DNA of 64,000 nt from an uncultured Verrucomicrobiae bacterium (lineage in GTDB: Bacteria; Verrucomicrobiota; Verrucomicrobiia; Limisphaerales; Palsa-1400). The DNA is taken from positions 704,001 to 768,000 of the forward strand of contig CAVXRD010000002.1 in assembly GCA_963764165.1 (NCBI GenBank), read 5' to 3'. Position 1 is the first letter of the stretch. Every line of letters begins with the position of its first letter. A program made the translations under genes and the position numbers. The notes below the pieces were generated by a model. That model did not search any database, was not told the origin of the DNA, and saw only the letters and a list, made by a program, of their open reading frames with translations. Below are positions 19,225 to 29,618 of the stretch, piece after piece.

Positions 19225-22200
19225 ATGTCAACGCAACGCAGTTTGAAATCGTCCTCGCAGTCCACATTCACAGCATGGCTGGCGGCCGGCGCCGCGGCCT
19301 TAACGTTGCTTTCCGCCAGCCCGGCTGGGGCGGAAGGCCTGGTCGTGAACTCCTTCCCCAGCGCCGGAAGCGTCATCGTCGGGAACTCCCCGGGAGTTGA
19401 TTGGGTCAGCTACGGAGAAAATGCCGTCGCCGTAACATGGGACCCCGCGCAAGCCTCGCCCGCCAATCCGAATGCGGGCGCGATGTACGTGACGGTGGAT
19501 TGGCCAACTCCTGGATCCCCCAACTACACCACGGGGTTCAATAGCGTTGTTTTTGCATTTTCCACCGCTGGCTTGGCCGCCAATGAAGAATTTAATTCAG
19601 CCAATCTCCTCGCTTTTGACTGCGATATAAAAGTGGATGTGGCGAATTCGTATCCCGCCACGGACGGATCTTACGGCGTGGTGGAGTTGGCCGTAAATCC
19701 CTGGGAGCCGCTTGTGCTGGCGGCTCCTTTGCAGGCAACAAACGGTTGGCAGCACATCACCGGCTATTTTTCAGCGATTCCCCCGGGTCTTTATGCCGGG
19801 GCAGTCGTAGGATTGGCATCCGAAGGCACAAGCATCCTGACCAACAAGGTCTCATATTGGATTGACAATATCGTGTTCTCGCAGGCTCCAATCTCGACGG
19901 CCGTCATCGATTCCTTCGACGGCCCTTCGACTGTGCAGATTGGCAATTCACCCGGGCTTGACTGGGATGCCGCCGGAACCAACCCCGTTGCGATCACTTG
20001 GGATCCCAAACAAACATCCCCGTCGAATCCAAACAGCGGGTCCATGTATGTGACAGTAGATTGGCCTGGCTTGGCCGGTGGAAATCCTGTCACGCCGCAG
20101 GCCGCCGTGTTTTCGTTTTCGACAGCCTCTTTGGGGGTGAACGAGGAATACTACTCTTCCAATTTCATTTCATTTGAGTTCGATATCAAGGTGGACGTCA
20201 CCAACTCCTATCTGGCCACGGATGGCACTTATGGAGCTATTGAGCTGACTGTAAATCCATGGTCGTTCCTTATAACCAGCGCCACACTCGCGGCGACGAA
20301 CGGCTGGCAGCATTTCGCGGGCTATTTTTCATCCATTCCGAATGCAGCCTACGCAGGGGCGAATATAGGACTTCTCTCCATTGGAAATAGCGCGCTCACG
20401 AACAAAGCTGCTTATTGGATCGACAATGTCGTTTTCCGGCGCGCGCCACCGAGCATCCCCACTCACCCAGTCTCGGTATTAACTTACCACAACGACAACG
20501 CCCGCACGGGCCAAATGACGAACGAAATTGCTTTGACGCCGATTTCGGTGAACACCAACACATTTGGATTGCTCTTCAGTCACGCGGTGGACGGCTACGT
20601 CTGCGCCTCGCCGCTGGTAATGACGAATGTGACGATTCCGGGAAAGGGGCAGCATAATGTCGTTTTCGTCGCCACGGAGCACGACAGCGTTTACGCATTT
20701 GATGCCGATAATGCCACTGGAGCAAATGCATCGCCTCTGTGGAGCACCAGCTTCCTGAACGTCGCGGGCGGCATAACGACGGTGACGCCGGGAGCCGTGC
20801 TCGCTGGGAGCTTCGACGCCGGCATATTTTTGACGCCGTCCACACCCGAGGTGGGCATCACCGGCACACCCGTCATTGATCCTGTGACCGGAACGCTTTA
20901 TGTGGAGGCGGAAACCCAGGAACTCATTGAGGGAATTCCCGTTGTTTTCCACTGGCTGCATGCCCTTGACGTGGGAACCGGTGCGGAGAAATTCGGGGGG
21001 CCGGTTGAAATTTCGCCATCGGTCAGCGGCATTGGCGACAATAGCGTTGGAGGAGTGGTGAGTTTTAACGCCGCGAATCAATTCAACGGATCGGCTTTGC
21101 TGCTGGCCAACGGAAATGTTTACATTGCTTTTTCGAGTCCGGACCAGACCCCGCCGTTCCAAGGGTGGCTCCTGTCCTACAACGCCCAGACACTCCAGCC
21201 GACCGGGATTTTCAACACCGCTCCCAATGGCAGCCAGGCGGGCATCTGGATGTCCGGCGGAGGACCGGCTGCGGACGCGGCGGGCAACATTTACTTGACC
21301 ACCTCTGGCGGAACATTCAGCACCAATTATGCCTCCGCCAAGAGTGATTCGCTGGGTGGCAGCTTTGTGAAGCTGGAAACGACCAATGGATTGGCGGAAG
21401 CCGATTATTTCCGCCCGTACAACGAGTCAACGCTGGAATCTTTCGGAGCCAGCCTTGGTGTGACAGGTGTTGCGCTGCTGCCTGATTCGGCTGGCAGCGC
21501 CGCGCATCCGCACCTGATGGTTTCGGCCCAGGAGAGCGGAACGCTTTATCTGGTGGATCGCGACTCGCTCGGCGGCTATAACGCCTCGGGAGACAGCCGG
21601 ATTCCACAAGAGCTTTCAACGGTGTTATTTACAGCATTCAACGGCACGCCCGCCTATTTCAATAATCAGCTCTTTTTTCAAGGCGATTATAACAACATCC
21701 ATTCAGTCTTCATTACAAACGGCCAAATGGTTTACAGCAATCAATCGGCCAACTCCTTCATTGATGGCGGCGTTCCGGCAGTCTCGGCGAACGGCAACAG
21801 CAATGGGATCGTTTGGACGGTGCAATTTGATAATTACGCCACTGGAGGGCCGGCGGTGTTATATGCCTACAACGCCAATAACTTATCCCAGGAACTTTAC
21901 GATAGCTCCCAAGCGCCTCTTCGCGATCGCGCATTCCCTGCCGTGCAGTTCACTTCACCCACCATTGCGGGAGGGAGAGTGTACGTGGGCGGGCAATATG
22001 GCCTCTCGGTTTACGGTGCCGGCCCATTTGCCGAATTGCCGGTCATCACGCCCCCTGGGGGAGTTGTTATGTTCACCAACTCGGAGACGGTCACGATCTC
22101 CGCTTCCACACCAGGAGCAACTCTCTATTTTACTTTAGACGGATCGACGCCGACCACCAATTCACAGGTTTACACCGGACCCTTTGCGGTGACGAATACC

Positions 22201-25200
22201 GTTATCGTCAATGCGCTCGATTATGCGCCGGGCTATATCGCTGGCGCAGCCCATGGCCCGACGCTTGTTAACGTGTCGCTGGAGGCGCAAGCGCCCGGGC
22301 TGGTGATCGAAGCGGTTTACCCCGGCGCCACCCGAGCGCAGTTGGAGAGTTCGTCTTATACAAATCCTCCGGCCTACGTTCGCCACCTGCCTTCATTTGA
22401 AATAGTGGAGACGGGTGGTGGGAACTTTGCGGAGACACTGACCGGTTGGTTTACTCCGCCCCAGACAGGCAACTATGTCTTTTTTGTTGCCTCAGGAGCC
22501 GATGCCGATCTGTTCCTGAGCACGGATGCAACCAGCGCGAACCTGCACTTGATCGCCCAGGAAACCTCCGCCTCCAATACGAGATCCTGGCTGAGCTCCT
22601 ACGGCGGCAGCGTCGTTTCATCGAAGCGATCGGACCAGTTCGCGGGGACGGCCTGGCCGACGGGGAATACGATCACGCTTACTGCGGGGGTTCCCTACCT
22701 TATGAAGGCAGTTCACCATTCCGTTCCTACGTATGTATCCACCTTCGCCGCGACCTACAAACTCGCGGGGGCGCCGGATCCTGCCAATGGCACTGCGCCG
22801 GCTCTCACCGGCTCCGTGTTGTCGAGCATTGCTGAAGGAAATGCCGCAATCTCCGTTTCGGGCCAGCCCCAAAATGCGGTCATCTACGCTGGCGACGAGG
22901 CCGAATTCACGGTTCAAGCAACCGCGACGTATTTCGCCGATGCTCCGGGCGGAAGCGGCCCCCCGATTTCTTATCAATGGCAATCCGCGCCACCCGGCTC
23001 GACATCGTTCACCAACATAGCCGGGGCCACGAATTTCCAATTCGTGGCATCTGCGCCCGCAACGGCTGCAAATGGATTCCAGTTCCAGGTGGCGATCAGC
23101 GCGCCTGCCGCGCCCACTCTTGTCAGTTCAATTGCGACCCTCTCCGTCAAACCCGCGATCACGACGCCCAACTACGACTCTGTCTTGACCTGGCATTACG
23201 ATAACGCCCGCACGGGCCAGTATACGAATGAGACGGTATTGACTTTGACCAATGTGAATTCCAATTCCTTCGGCGTGGTTGCCACTCATGCTGTTGACGG
23301 ATACGTTTACGCCGAACCGCTCATCCTGACCAATGTGATGATTCCGGGCCTCGGAAGCCGCAATGTCCTCTTTGTTGTGACGGACCATGATTCAGTTTAT
23401 GCCTTCGACGCCGACAGCGTTGCCACCGGCACGAACGCGGGGCTGCTCTGGCAAACCAGTTTCATCAACCCGGCAGCAGGCGTCACGATCGCCGCCCAAG
23501 CCGATTTCAACTACGATTTCACCGGGCCGGCGGGCATCATCGCAACACCTGTCATAGATCCTGTCTCGGGCACAATTTATATCGAAGCTTTGACGAAGGA
23601 ATCCTTGCCAGGCGGAACAAACTTTATTCACCGCCTGCATGCCCTGGATGTCACCACGGGGAGCGAACGCTCGAACAGTCCAGTTGTGATTCAATGCACA
23701 AACTACCCTGGAACTGGAGCTACCGGCTTCCAGGACAATGATGGAAACGGCCATGTGGCGTGGAATCCACTCCTGTTGCAGGCCCGGCCGGCGCTTCTGC
23801 TGGCGGGAGGAAGTGTGTATGTGTCTTTTGCTTCCTACGCGGACGTCCAGCCCTATCACGGGTGGATACTGGGCTATGACGCCGCGACTCTGACCAATAC
23901 AGGAGTTTTCAATGTAACTCCAAACGGCGCCTCCGGCGGCATCTGGATGTCTGGCGCCGGCCTTGCCGCGGACCAATATAACAACATTTACACTCCCACC
24001 GGCAATGGAGATTTCGGCACCAATTACGCGTTGGCGTCCAGCTACAATCTCAGCGAAAGTGTTATCAAACTGGCGACGACGAACGGGCTGGCATTGTTGG
24101 ATTACTTCACTCCCTACAATCAAGCTTTTCTCACCTCGAAGGATTTGGACCTATCTTCAGACGGCGTCATGCTTCTGCCCGCCAGCGCCGGCAGCGCCCT
24201 GTATCCCCACCTCATGGTAAGCTGCGCCAAAGAAGGGAAAATCTATCTCCTCAATCGCGATTCGCTCGGCCATTACAACGCCTTCAACGACAATCAAATT
24301 GTGCAGGAAGTGCCAAATGCGGTTACAGGCACATGGGCTTCGCCGGCCTACTTCAACAACATGATTTATTATCAGGCTGGCACCCTGGGAGGCCCTCCTG
24401 ATGTTCTAAAGGCGTTTGCGATCACCAATGGACAAATAACTCCGACTCCAGTCACGGAGTCCCTGACGCCATTCAATTTCCCGGGCGCAACCCCTGTTAT
24501 TTCAGCGAACGGCGTCAGCAACGCCATCGCGTGGGTTCTGCAAGAGGAATCCCCGCAGTCCAGCCCGTGCGTGCTGCACGCCTACAACGCGACCAACCTA
24601 AGCCAGGAGCTTTACAACTCAAAGCAAGCCGATTCCCGCGACTTGCTCGGCGTCCCAGTGAAACAAACGATCCCGACCGTCTTTCACGGCAAAGTTTATG
24701 TGGGCGCGGCTTATTCGGTCTATGTTCTTGGCATCAATTCGTTCATTCCTGAACCATTGATAGCCCCGGCAGGCGGCCTGTTTACAAACTCGATCAACAT
24801 AACATTGAGCGACGCCGGGACCAACGTCTCGATTTACTACACCCTCGACGGCTCCAAGCCCACTACGAATTCAGCTCTTTACAGCGGGCCGTTTGTATTG
24901 ACAAACACCGCCCTCGTCCAGGCTGCGGCGACAGTCAATGGTTCCTCTTACAGCCCGGTCGCAAGCGCCAGTTTTGTCAATACGGCGGCTGCGGGGAACG
25001 GCACGGGTCTGCTCGGCCAGTACTACGCCGGAATCTTCCCGACAAATATTCCAACGGGCGCTCCGCTCATGGTTCGCACCGACGCCGTGATCAATTTCAA
25101 TTGGTCCGCCGCCCCGCCATCGTCCGCCCTCGGATACATAGATTACTCCATATTCTGGACTGGAATGGTGCGGCCGCAATATTCCGAGAATTACACATTC

Positions 25201-27264
25201 TCGGTTACCGCGGACGACGGCGTTTCCCTTTCGGTCAACGGACAGCCCCTCATCCTGCAATGGCACGATAAGAAGCCAACGACTTGGAGCGCGACGATCC
25301 CGATGCAGGCGCAGCAGTACTACAATATCGTGCTGGGTCATTATCAGGATACGAACAACGAGCAGATCAGCCTCTCCTGGCAAAGCCCATCGACGCCTCT
25401 GGCGGTCGTTCCGCAATCGCAGTTGTATCCGCTGACCAACCCACCGCCTGCGGTTGCATTGACCGCGCCCGCGGCCGGCTCCACTTATACCGCCAGCGCC
25501 GCGATCACAATATCAGCCGCGGCCTCTGACCAATTCAATGAGATCGCCTCGGTCGCTTTTTACACGAATGGCTCGCTCGCGGGGGTGGTTTCCAACGCGC
25601 CCTATTCACTGACAGTCACGGACGTGCCGGCGGGCAGCTACAATCTGGTCGCCGTGGCGTCGGATACGGCGGGAATCACCAGCGCCTCCGCTCCGGTGTC
25701 GGTTACAGTCGCCGCTGGCAGTGGGGCGGGTTATGGCCTTTCCACCAACGGAGCGCTGGCCCCTTTCCTGAATCAAAACATGCCCGGCGCATTCAACGGG
25801 GTTTTCACGGGAACGATTCCGGCGGTGCTGTCGGCAACCGGCACTTACGCGGACTTGCTCAATCGCGTGCCTTCCGCCGGGCTGCTTCCGTATTCGCCAA
25901 ATACCATTCTATGGTCAGACGGCGCGACGAAAAGCCGTTACATGGCGCTTCCCAACATTGTCTCGCCGATTGTTCCATCTGAGCAAATTGGGTTTGCGCC
26001 CACAGGCCAGTGGACATTTCCGTCAGGCACCGTCTTTGTGAAGAATTTTGATCTTGTTGTCAACACGACCAATGCGAGCATCCCGCTGCGCCGCCTGGAA
26101 ACGCGGCTGCTGGTTCGTGACACCAACGGATCCGTCTACGGCGTGACCTATAAATGGCGTCCTGATAACAGCGATGCCGATCTCTTGACGAATAGTTTGA
26201 CGGAGGCTATCTCGATCACCAATGCCTCGGGTGTGACGACGCAAAATTGGTATTATCCCAGTCCCGCCGATTGCTTGACTTGTCACACTCCGGTTGCCGG
26301 ATATGTGCTTGGCGTCAACACGCGCCAGCTCAACGGCGCTAACTTCTATCCCGCGACCGGAGTTTCCGACAACCAGCTTCGAACGATGAATCATCTGGGC
26401 ATGTTCAACCCGGCTTTTGACGAAGCGGCCATTGCCGCCTACGAATACATGTCCGCCATCACCAACACCGGCGCCTCGCTTGCGCAGCGGGCCCGCTCGT
26501 ATCTGGACGCCAACTGCGCCCAATGCCACCAGCCGGGCGGAACAGGGCCGACGTTCGACGCTCGCTATGATACGCCGCTGACCAATCAAAACATCATTGG
26601 TGTCCTGGCTGCGAAGGCGAATTTTGGCTACAACAATGTCGACATCGTCTCGCCGCATGACATCTGGCGCTCGGCAATTTACCAACGCATCAACACCGTC
26701 GATCCCACCATCAAAATGCCGCCCCTGGCGCGCAATATTATTGACACAAATGCGGTGGACGTCTTCACAGACTGGATCAACAGCCTGCCGGGCACGCCGG
26801 CGGAAGCTCCTCCTGTGATTGCGCCCGCGGCCGGCGCCTACGCCGGCCCGCTCACGGTGACGATCCAGCCACCGGACGCGAATGCGACCATTTATTACAC
26901 GCTGGATGGAAGCCTTCCCACGACGAATTCCTTCGTTTATACGGGCCCGTTCGACTTGACAAACTCCGCCACCGTGAGCGCGAATGCGGCCGAGTCCGGC
27001 CTTATCACCAGCGTCGCTCCCAGCGCCACCTACAAAGTAGTCCCCGGGGTGTCTTTCGTTGAAGGCGGAGTTTTTGCGGACGGATATTTCATCATGCAGA
27101 TGGCGGGCCCCGTTGGGCAGGCTTACACCATCCAGACCTCCACGAACCTCATCAACTGGACCAGCGTCCTGAGCATCACGCCCGATTCGACTCCGTTCGT
27201 CGTGGCGGTGCCGCAGACAACCAACTCCCATGCCCGGTTTTACCGCGCGGTGCAGTCACAGTGA
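19225..27264 (+). CDS. Giant secreted multidomain protein: 2 N-terminal beta-sandwich repeats, 2 PQQ-like propellers, 3 chitobiase/FN3-associated domains, 2 PA14, Ig/Big, SO2930-like diheme cytochrome c, shared C-terminal domain
   Basis: Repeats ending YWIDN(I/V)VF; VLT(Y/W)HxDNARTG x2; (Y/F)TLDGSxPT x3; PA14 ADDG; LWSDGATKSR, CLTCH (26272-26286), CAQCH (26515-26529), MPPL; C-terminal STNLINW...RFYRAV. Confidence 0.85.
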   Translation: MSTQRSLKSSSQSTFTAWLAAGAAALTLLSASPAGAEGLVVNSFPSAGSVIVGNSPGVDWVSYGENAVAVTWDPAQASPANPNAGAMYVTVDWPTPGSPNYTTGFNSVVFAFSTAGLAANEEFNSANLLAFDCDIKVDVANSYPATDGSYGVVELAVNPWEPLVLAAPLQATNGWQHITGYFSAIPPGLYAGAVVGLASEGTSILTNKVSYWIDNIVFSQAPISTAVIDSFDGPSTVQIGNSPGLDWDAAGTNPVAITWDPKQTSPSNPNSGSMYVTVDWPGLAGGNPVTPQAAVFSFSTASLGVNEEYYSSNFISFEFDIKVDVTNSYLATDGTYGAIELTVNPWSFLITSATLAATNGWQHFAGYFSSIPNAAYAGANIGLLSIGNSALTNKAAYWIDNVVFRRAPPSIPTHPVSVLTYHNDNARTGQMTNEIALTPISVNTNTFGLLFSHAVDGYVCASPLVMTNVTIPGKGQHNVVFVATEHDSVYAFDADNATGANASPLWSTSFLNVAGGITTVTPGAVLAGSFDAGIFLTPSTPEVGITGTPVIDPVTGTLYVEAETQELIEGIPVVFHWLHALDVGTGAEKFGGPVEISPSVSGIGDNSVGGVVSFNAANQFNGSALLLANGNVYIAFSSPDQTPPFQGWLLSYNAQTLQPTGIFNTAPNGSQAGIWMSGGGPAADAAGNIYLTTSGGTFSTNYASAKSDSLGGSFVKLETTNGLAEADYFRPYNESTLESFGASLGVTGVALLPDSAGSAAHPHLMVSAQESGTLYLVDRDSLGGYNASGDSRIPQELSTVLFTAFNGTPAYFNNQLFFQGDYNNIHSVFITNGQMVYSNQSANSFIDGGVPAVSANGNSNGIVWTVQFDNYATGGPAVLYAYNANNLSQELYDSSQAPLRDRAFPAVQFTSPTIAGGRVYVGGQYGLSVYGAGPFAELPVITPPGGVVMFTNSETVTISASTPGATLYFTLDGSTPTTNSQVYTGPFAVTNTVIVNALDYAPGYIAGAAHGPTLVNVSLEAQAPGLVIEAVYPGATRAQLESSSYTNPPAYVRHLPSFEIVETGGGNFAETLTGWFTPPQTGNYVFFVASGADADLFLSTDATSANLHLIAQETSASNTRSWLSSYGGSVVSSKRSDQFAGTAWPTGNTITLTAGVPYLMKAVHHSVPTYVSTFAATYKLAGAPDPANGTAPALTGSVLSSIAEGNAAISVSGQPQNAVIYAGDEAEFTVQATATYFADAPGGSGPPISYQWQSAPPGSTSFTNIAGATNFQFVASAPATAANGFQFQVAISAPAAPTLVSSIATLSVKPAITTPNYDSVLTWHYDNARTGQYTNETVLTLTNVNSNSFGVVATHAVDGYVYAEPLILTNVMIPGLGSRNVLFVVTDHDSVYAFDADSVATGTNAGLLWQTSFINPAAGVTIAAQADFNYDFTGPAGIIATPVIDPVSGTIYIEALTKESLPGGTNFIHRLHALDVTTGSERSNSPVVIQCTNYPGTGATGFQDNDGNGHVAWNPLLLQARPALLLAGGSVYVSFASYADVQPYHGWILGYDAATLTNTGVFNVTPNGASGGIWMSGAGLAADQYNNIYTPTGNGDFGTNYALASSYNLSESVIKLATTNGLALLDYFTPYNQAFLTSKDLDLSSDGVMLLPASAGSALYPHLMVSCAKEGKIYLLNRDSLGHYNAFNDNQIVQEVPNAVTGTWASPAYFNNMIYYQAGTLGGPPDVLKAFAITNGQITPTPVTESLTPFNFPGATPVISANGVSNAIAWVLQEESPQSSPCVLHAYNATNLSQELYNSKQADSRDLLGVPVKQTIPTVFHGKVYVGAAYSVYVLGINSFIPEPLIAPAGGLFTNSINITLSDAGTNVSIYYTLDGSKPTTNSALYSGPFVLTNTALVQAAATVNGSSYSPVASASFVNTAAAGNGTGLLGQYYAGIFPTNIPTGAPLMVRTDAVINFNWSAAPPSSALGYIDYSIFWTGMVRPQYSENYTFSVTADDGVSLSVNGQPLILQWHDKKPTTWSATIPMQAQQYYNIVLGHYQDTNNEQISLSWQSPSTPLAVVPQSQLYPLTNPPPAVALTAPAAGSTYTASAAITISAAASDQFNEIASVAFYTNGSLAGVVSNAPYSLTVTDVPAGSYNLVAVASDTAGITSASAPVSVTVAAGSGAGYGLSTNGALAPFLNQNMPGAFNGVFTGTIPAVLSATGTYADLLNRVPSAGLLPYSPNTILWSDGATKSRYMALPNIVSPIVPSEQIGFAPTGQWTFPSGTVFVKNFDLVVNTTNASIPLRRLETRLLVRDTNGSVYGVTYKWRPDNSDADLLTNSLTEAISITNASGVTTQNWYYPSPADCLTCHTPVAGYVLGVNTRQLNGANFYPATGVSDNQLRTMNHLGMFNPAFDEAAIAAYEYMSAITNTGASLAQRARSYLDANCAQCHQPGGTGPTFDARYDTPLTNQNIIGVLAAKANFGYNNVDIVSPHDIWRSAIYQRINTVDPTIKMPPLARNIIDTNAVDVFTDWINSLPGTPAEAPPVIAPAAGAYAGPLTVTIQPPDANATIYYTLDGSLPTTNSFVYTGPFDLTNSATVSANAAESGLITSVAPSATYKVVPGVSFVEGGVFADGYFIMQMAGPVGQAYTIQTSTNLINWTSVLSITPDSTPFVVAVPQTTNSHARFYRAVQSQ

Positions 27265-27301
27265 TGACCCTATCGGGTTGCAAACGGATAGACCGATCCA
27301 A

Positions 27302-28228
27302 ATGAGCGAACGCATCGCAGCCATAGTCGTCACCTACAACCGCCTGGCGGATCTCAAAATCTGCGTTGATTCACTGCGAAATCAAACGCGGCGTCCCGAC
27401 TTGATTCTGGCCGTCAACAACGGCAGCAGCGATGGAACTGAGGACTGGCTGCGGGCGCAGCCGGACGTTGAATTTGTTTCGCAGCAGAACGGCGGAAGCT
27501 CAGGCGGGCAATACACGGGAATTCGTGTTGCCTTCGAGAAGGGATTCGACTGGATGTGGTGCATGGACGATGACGGCATTCCCGCCCCCACCGCGTTGGA
27601 GGGATTGCTGAAGGCGGCCCACACCCATGGACTCGGCATGGTTGGCCCGCTGGTGGTCGAGCGCGATGCGGATTACATGGTTTTCGATCACGGGAAAACG
27701 CTGGCCGCCGCCAAAGCCGAAGCGGTGAACGGTTTGATCGATGCGCCCATTTCTTTCAATGGCGTGCTTTTTTCGGCGGATGCCGTGAGGAGGGCCGGGA
27801 ATGTGAAGAAAGAGATGTTCATCTGGGGCGATGACGTGGAATTTTATTGGCGCGTCAGAAGAGCCGGATTCAAAGCAGCGATTACCGTCATGGCGGAGCA
27901 TCGCCATCCCGCCGACCGATTGAGATCAACGAAATTCCCCGCCCTCAAGCTATCCTTCAAATGGATCGCCAACGAACAACGCCGATTGATTTATTACCGC
28001 AATATGGTATTTTTGAGCCGCACTTATGGGGACGCGCAAGAGGTGTATTGGAACAACCCGGCGCGCCTGTGCAAGGACATCGCATTGACTTCGGCTTACA
28101 TCGTCTTTTTCAACCGGTTAAATCTTGCGAGCCTGTGGCGGCTGCTGCGGTATTGCTGGGACGGGTTTACAAATCAATATTGCCTCCCGCCCAGCAAGGA
28201 TTTTCTCGAGTCGATGCTCCTGAAATAA
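27302..28228 (+). CDS. GT2 glycosyltransferase, GlfT1-like (possible galactofuranosyltransferase)
   Basis: IVVTYNR, NNGSSDGT, NGGSSGG, WCMDDDG, FNGVLF and FIWGDDVE; glf is in the same locus. Confidence 0.85.
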   Translation: MSERIAAIVVTYNRLADLKICVDSLRNQTRRPDLILAVNNGSSDGTEDWLRAQPDVEFVSQQNGGSSGGQYTGIRVAFEKGFDWMWCMDDDGIPAPTALEGLLKAAHTHGLGMVGPLVVERDADYMVFDHGKTLAAAKAEAVNGLIDAPISFNGVLFSADAVRRAGNVKKEMFIWGDDVEFYWRVRRAGFKAAITVMAEHRHPADRLRSTKFPALKLSFKWIANEQRRLIYYRNMVFLSRTYGDAQEVYWNNPARLCKDIALTSAYIVFFNRLNLASLWRLLRYCWDGFTNQYCLPPSKDFLESMLLK

Positions 28229-28274
28229 ATTGCCGTCTCCATGCCCAGTGCCTATAAAATAAGAATTCGATAGA

Positions 28275-29618
28275 ATGGCTGCCATCACTTCCACAAACAG
28301 TTCAAAGATCAGCCGCGGCATTGTCATTTTAATTGGTGTCCTGCTGGTGGTGCCATTTGCGACGGGCATCCTGGGCTACTACTCGCGGTTCGGGAATTTT
28401 GGGAGCGGAGCCAAAGCCTATCTGCTGCTGATGGCGGGTCTCGCCGTTGGGGTGGGCGTGATGAGGCATCCACGCCCGTCGCCCGCCATCCTGCTGTTTG
28501 TCCTGTTGCAACTGCTGCGCCTTATCGAAGCATTCTTCCGCAGCAGCGCCACTTATACAAATGCATGGGAAAGGTTGGACGTCGTGCCGGTGCAGATAGG
28601 GTCGATTGTATTTACCATCGCCGTCTTTTGCCTGGGGGGGTCCGGGGCTACGTTGCGAAAAACTGCCCTGATTGCGGCTGGATTGACCATCTTTCTTTGC
28701 ACCGTGGCCAACATGTGGCAGTGGCATGATTCGGACGCCTTTGTCAAAGAAACGCCCGGGCGTTCTGCCGGATGGCTTTGGGACGCCAACGCCAGCGCGG
28801 ATGCCATCGTGGTGATGATGGCTCTGTTTCTGGCCATATCGCCGTCGGCCTGGCTGTCCGCGGCGGTGGTTGCCGTGTCGTCTTGCGGCCTTTTTTGCAC
28901 GCTAAGCCGCAGCGGAGCCTTGGTTTTTGTCCTGACCCTTGTCACCTACTTCATTTTTGTGGGAAGCAAGAGCATCCGGCATATTTTGGTATTCAGCATC
29001 CTGGTGGTCGGATTTTGCATAGGCGGGGCTTACTATTTCGACTTCGATTACCATCCAACGCAGTCAAATTGGGTGGCTAAACAGGATGAAGGCCGCAAGA
29101 ATGCTCTTCTGGGCAAAGGCCTCTCGGAAATTGATCTGGACGGCACGGATCACCTTTATTTGATGAAGGACGCCATCGCCGGGATTAAGGCGAATCCGGT
29201 ATTGGGTTACGGAACCGGGGCTTCCGGAGGGGAGCCGTTTATGCCCCATAACGAGGTTCTGGCTGTCTGGCTGGATAATGGGATAGCCGGCCTTTTCATC
29301 TACCTGCTGGCCATCGGCTGGCTGCTCGCCGAGTGCTGGCGAAGACAGCCAAAGTTGCTGGTTGCATGCGTTCCAATCCTCGCCATTGTCCCATTCAGTC
29401 ACTCCACGCTGGAGGATCGATTTTACACATTCTGCTGGGTGGCGATTATCGGGATATGCCGGAGTTCTGAATCGCTGGCGCCAGCGGCGTTGAAAAAGGC
29501 TGTGAGCTTGAGACCGGCGCCCGTCAGCGCATTGCACGACAAAGTAGGTCATTTCTTCCAACGTTCAGGCACGAATGCCGTTGAAAATTCGCTCGCAAAA
29601 CCCGAAGTCAAACCATGA
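28275..29618 (+). CDS. O-antigen ligase/Wzy polymerase-family membrane protein
   Basis: Polytopic; TLSRSG, NPVLGYGTG and PHNEVL...DNGIAG (Wzy_C pattern). Confidence 0.8.
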   Translation: MAAITSTNSSKISRGIVILIGVLLVVPFATGILGYYSRFGNFGSGAKAYLLLMAGLAVGVGVMRHPRPSPAILLFVLLQLLRLIEAFFRSSATYTNAWERLDVVPVQIGSIVFTIAVFCLGGSGATLRKTALIAAGLTIFLCTVANMWQWHDSDAFVKETPGRSAGWLWDANASADAIVVMMALFLAISPSAWLSAAVVAVSSCGLFCTLSRSGALVFVLTLVTYFIFVGSKSIRHILVFSILVVGFCIGGAYYFDFDYHPTQSNWVAKQDEGRKNALLGKGLSEIDLDGTDHLYLMKDAIAGIKANPVLGYGTGASGGEPFMPHNEVLAVWLDNGIAGLFIYLLAIGWLLAECWRRQPKLLVACVPILAIVPFSHSTLEDRFYTFCWVAIIGICRSSESLAPAALKKAVSLRPAPVSALHDKVGHFFQRSGTNAVENSLAKPEVKP

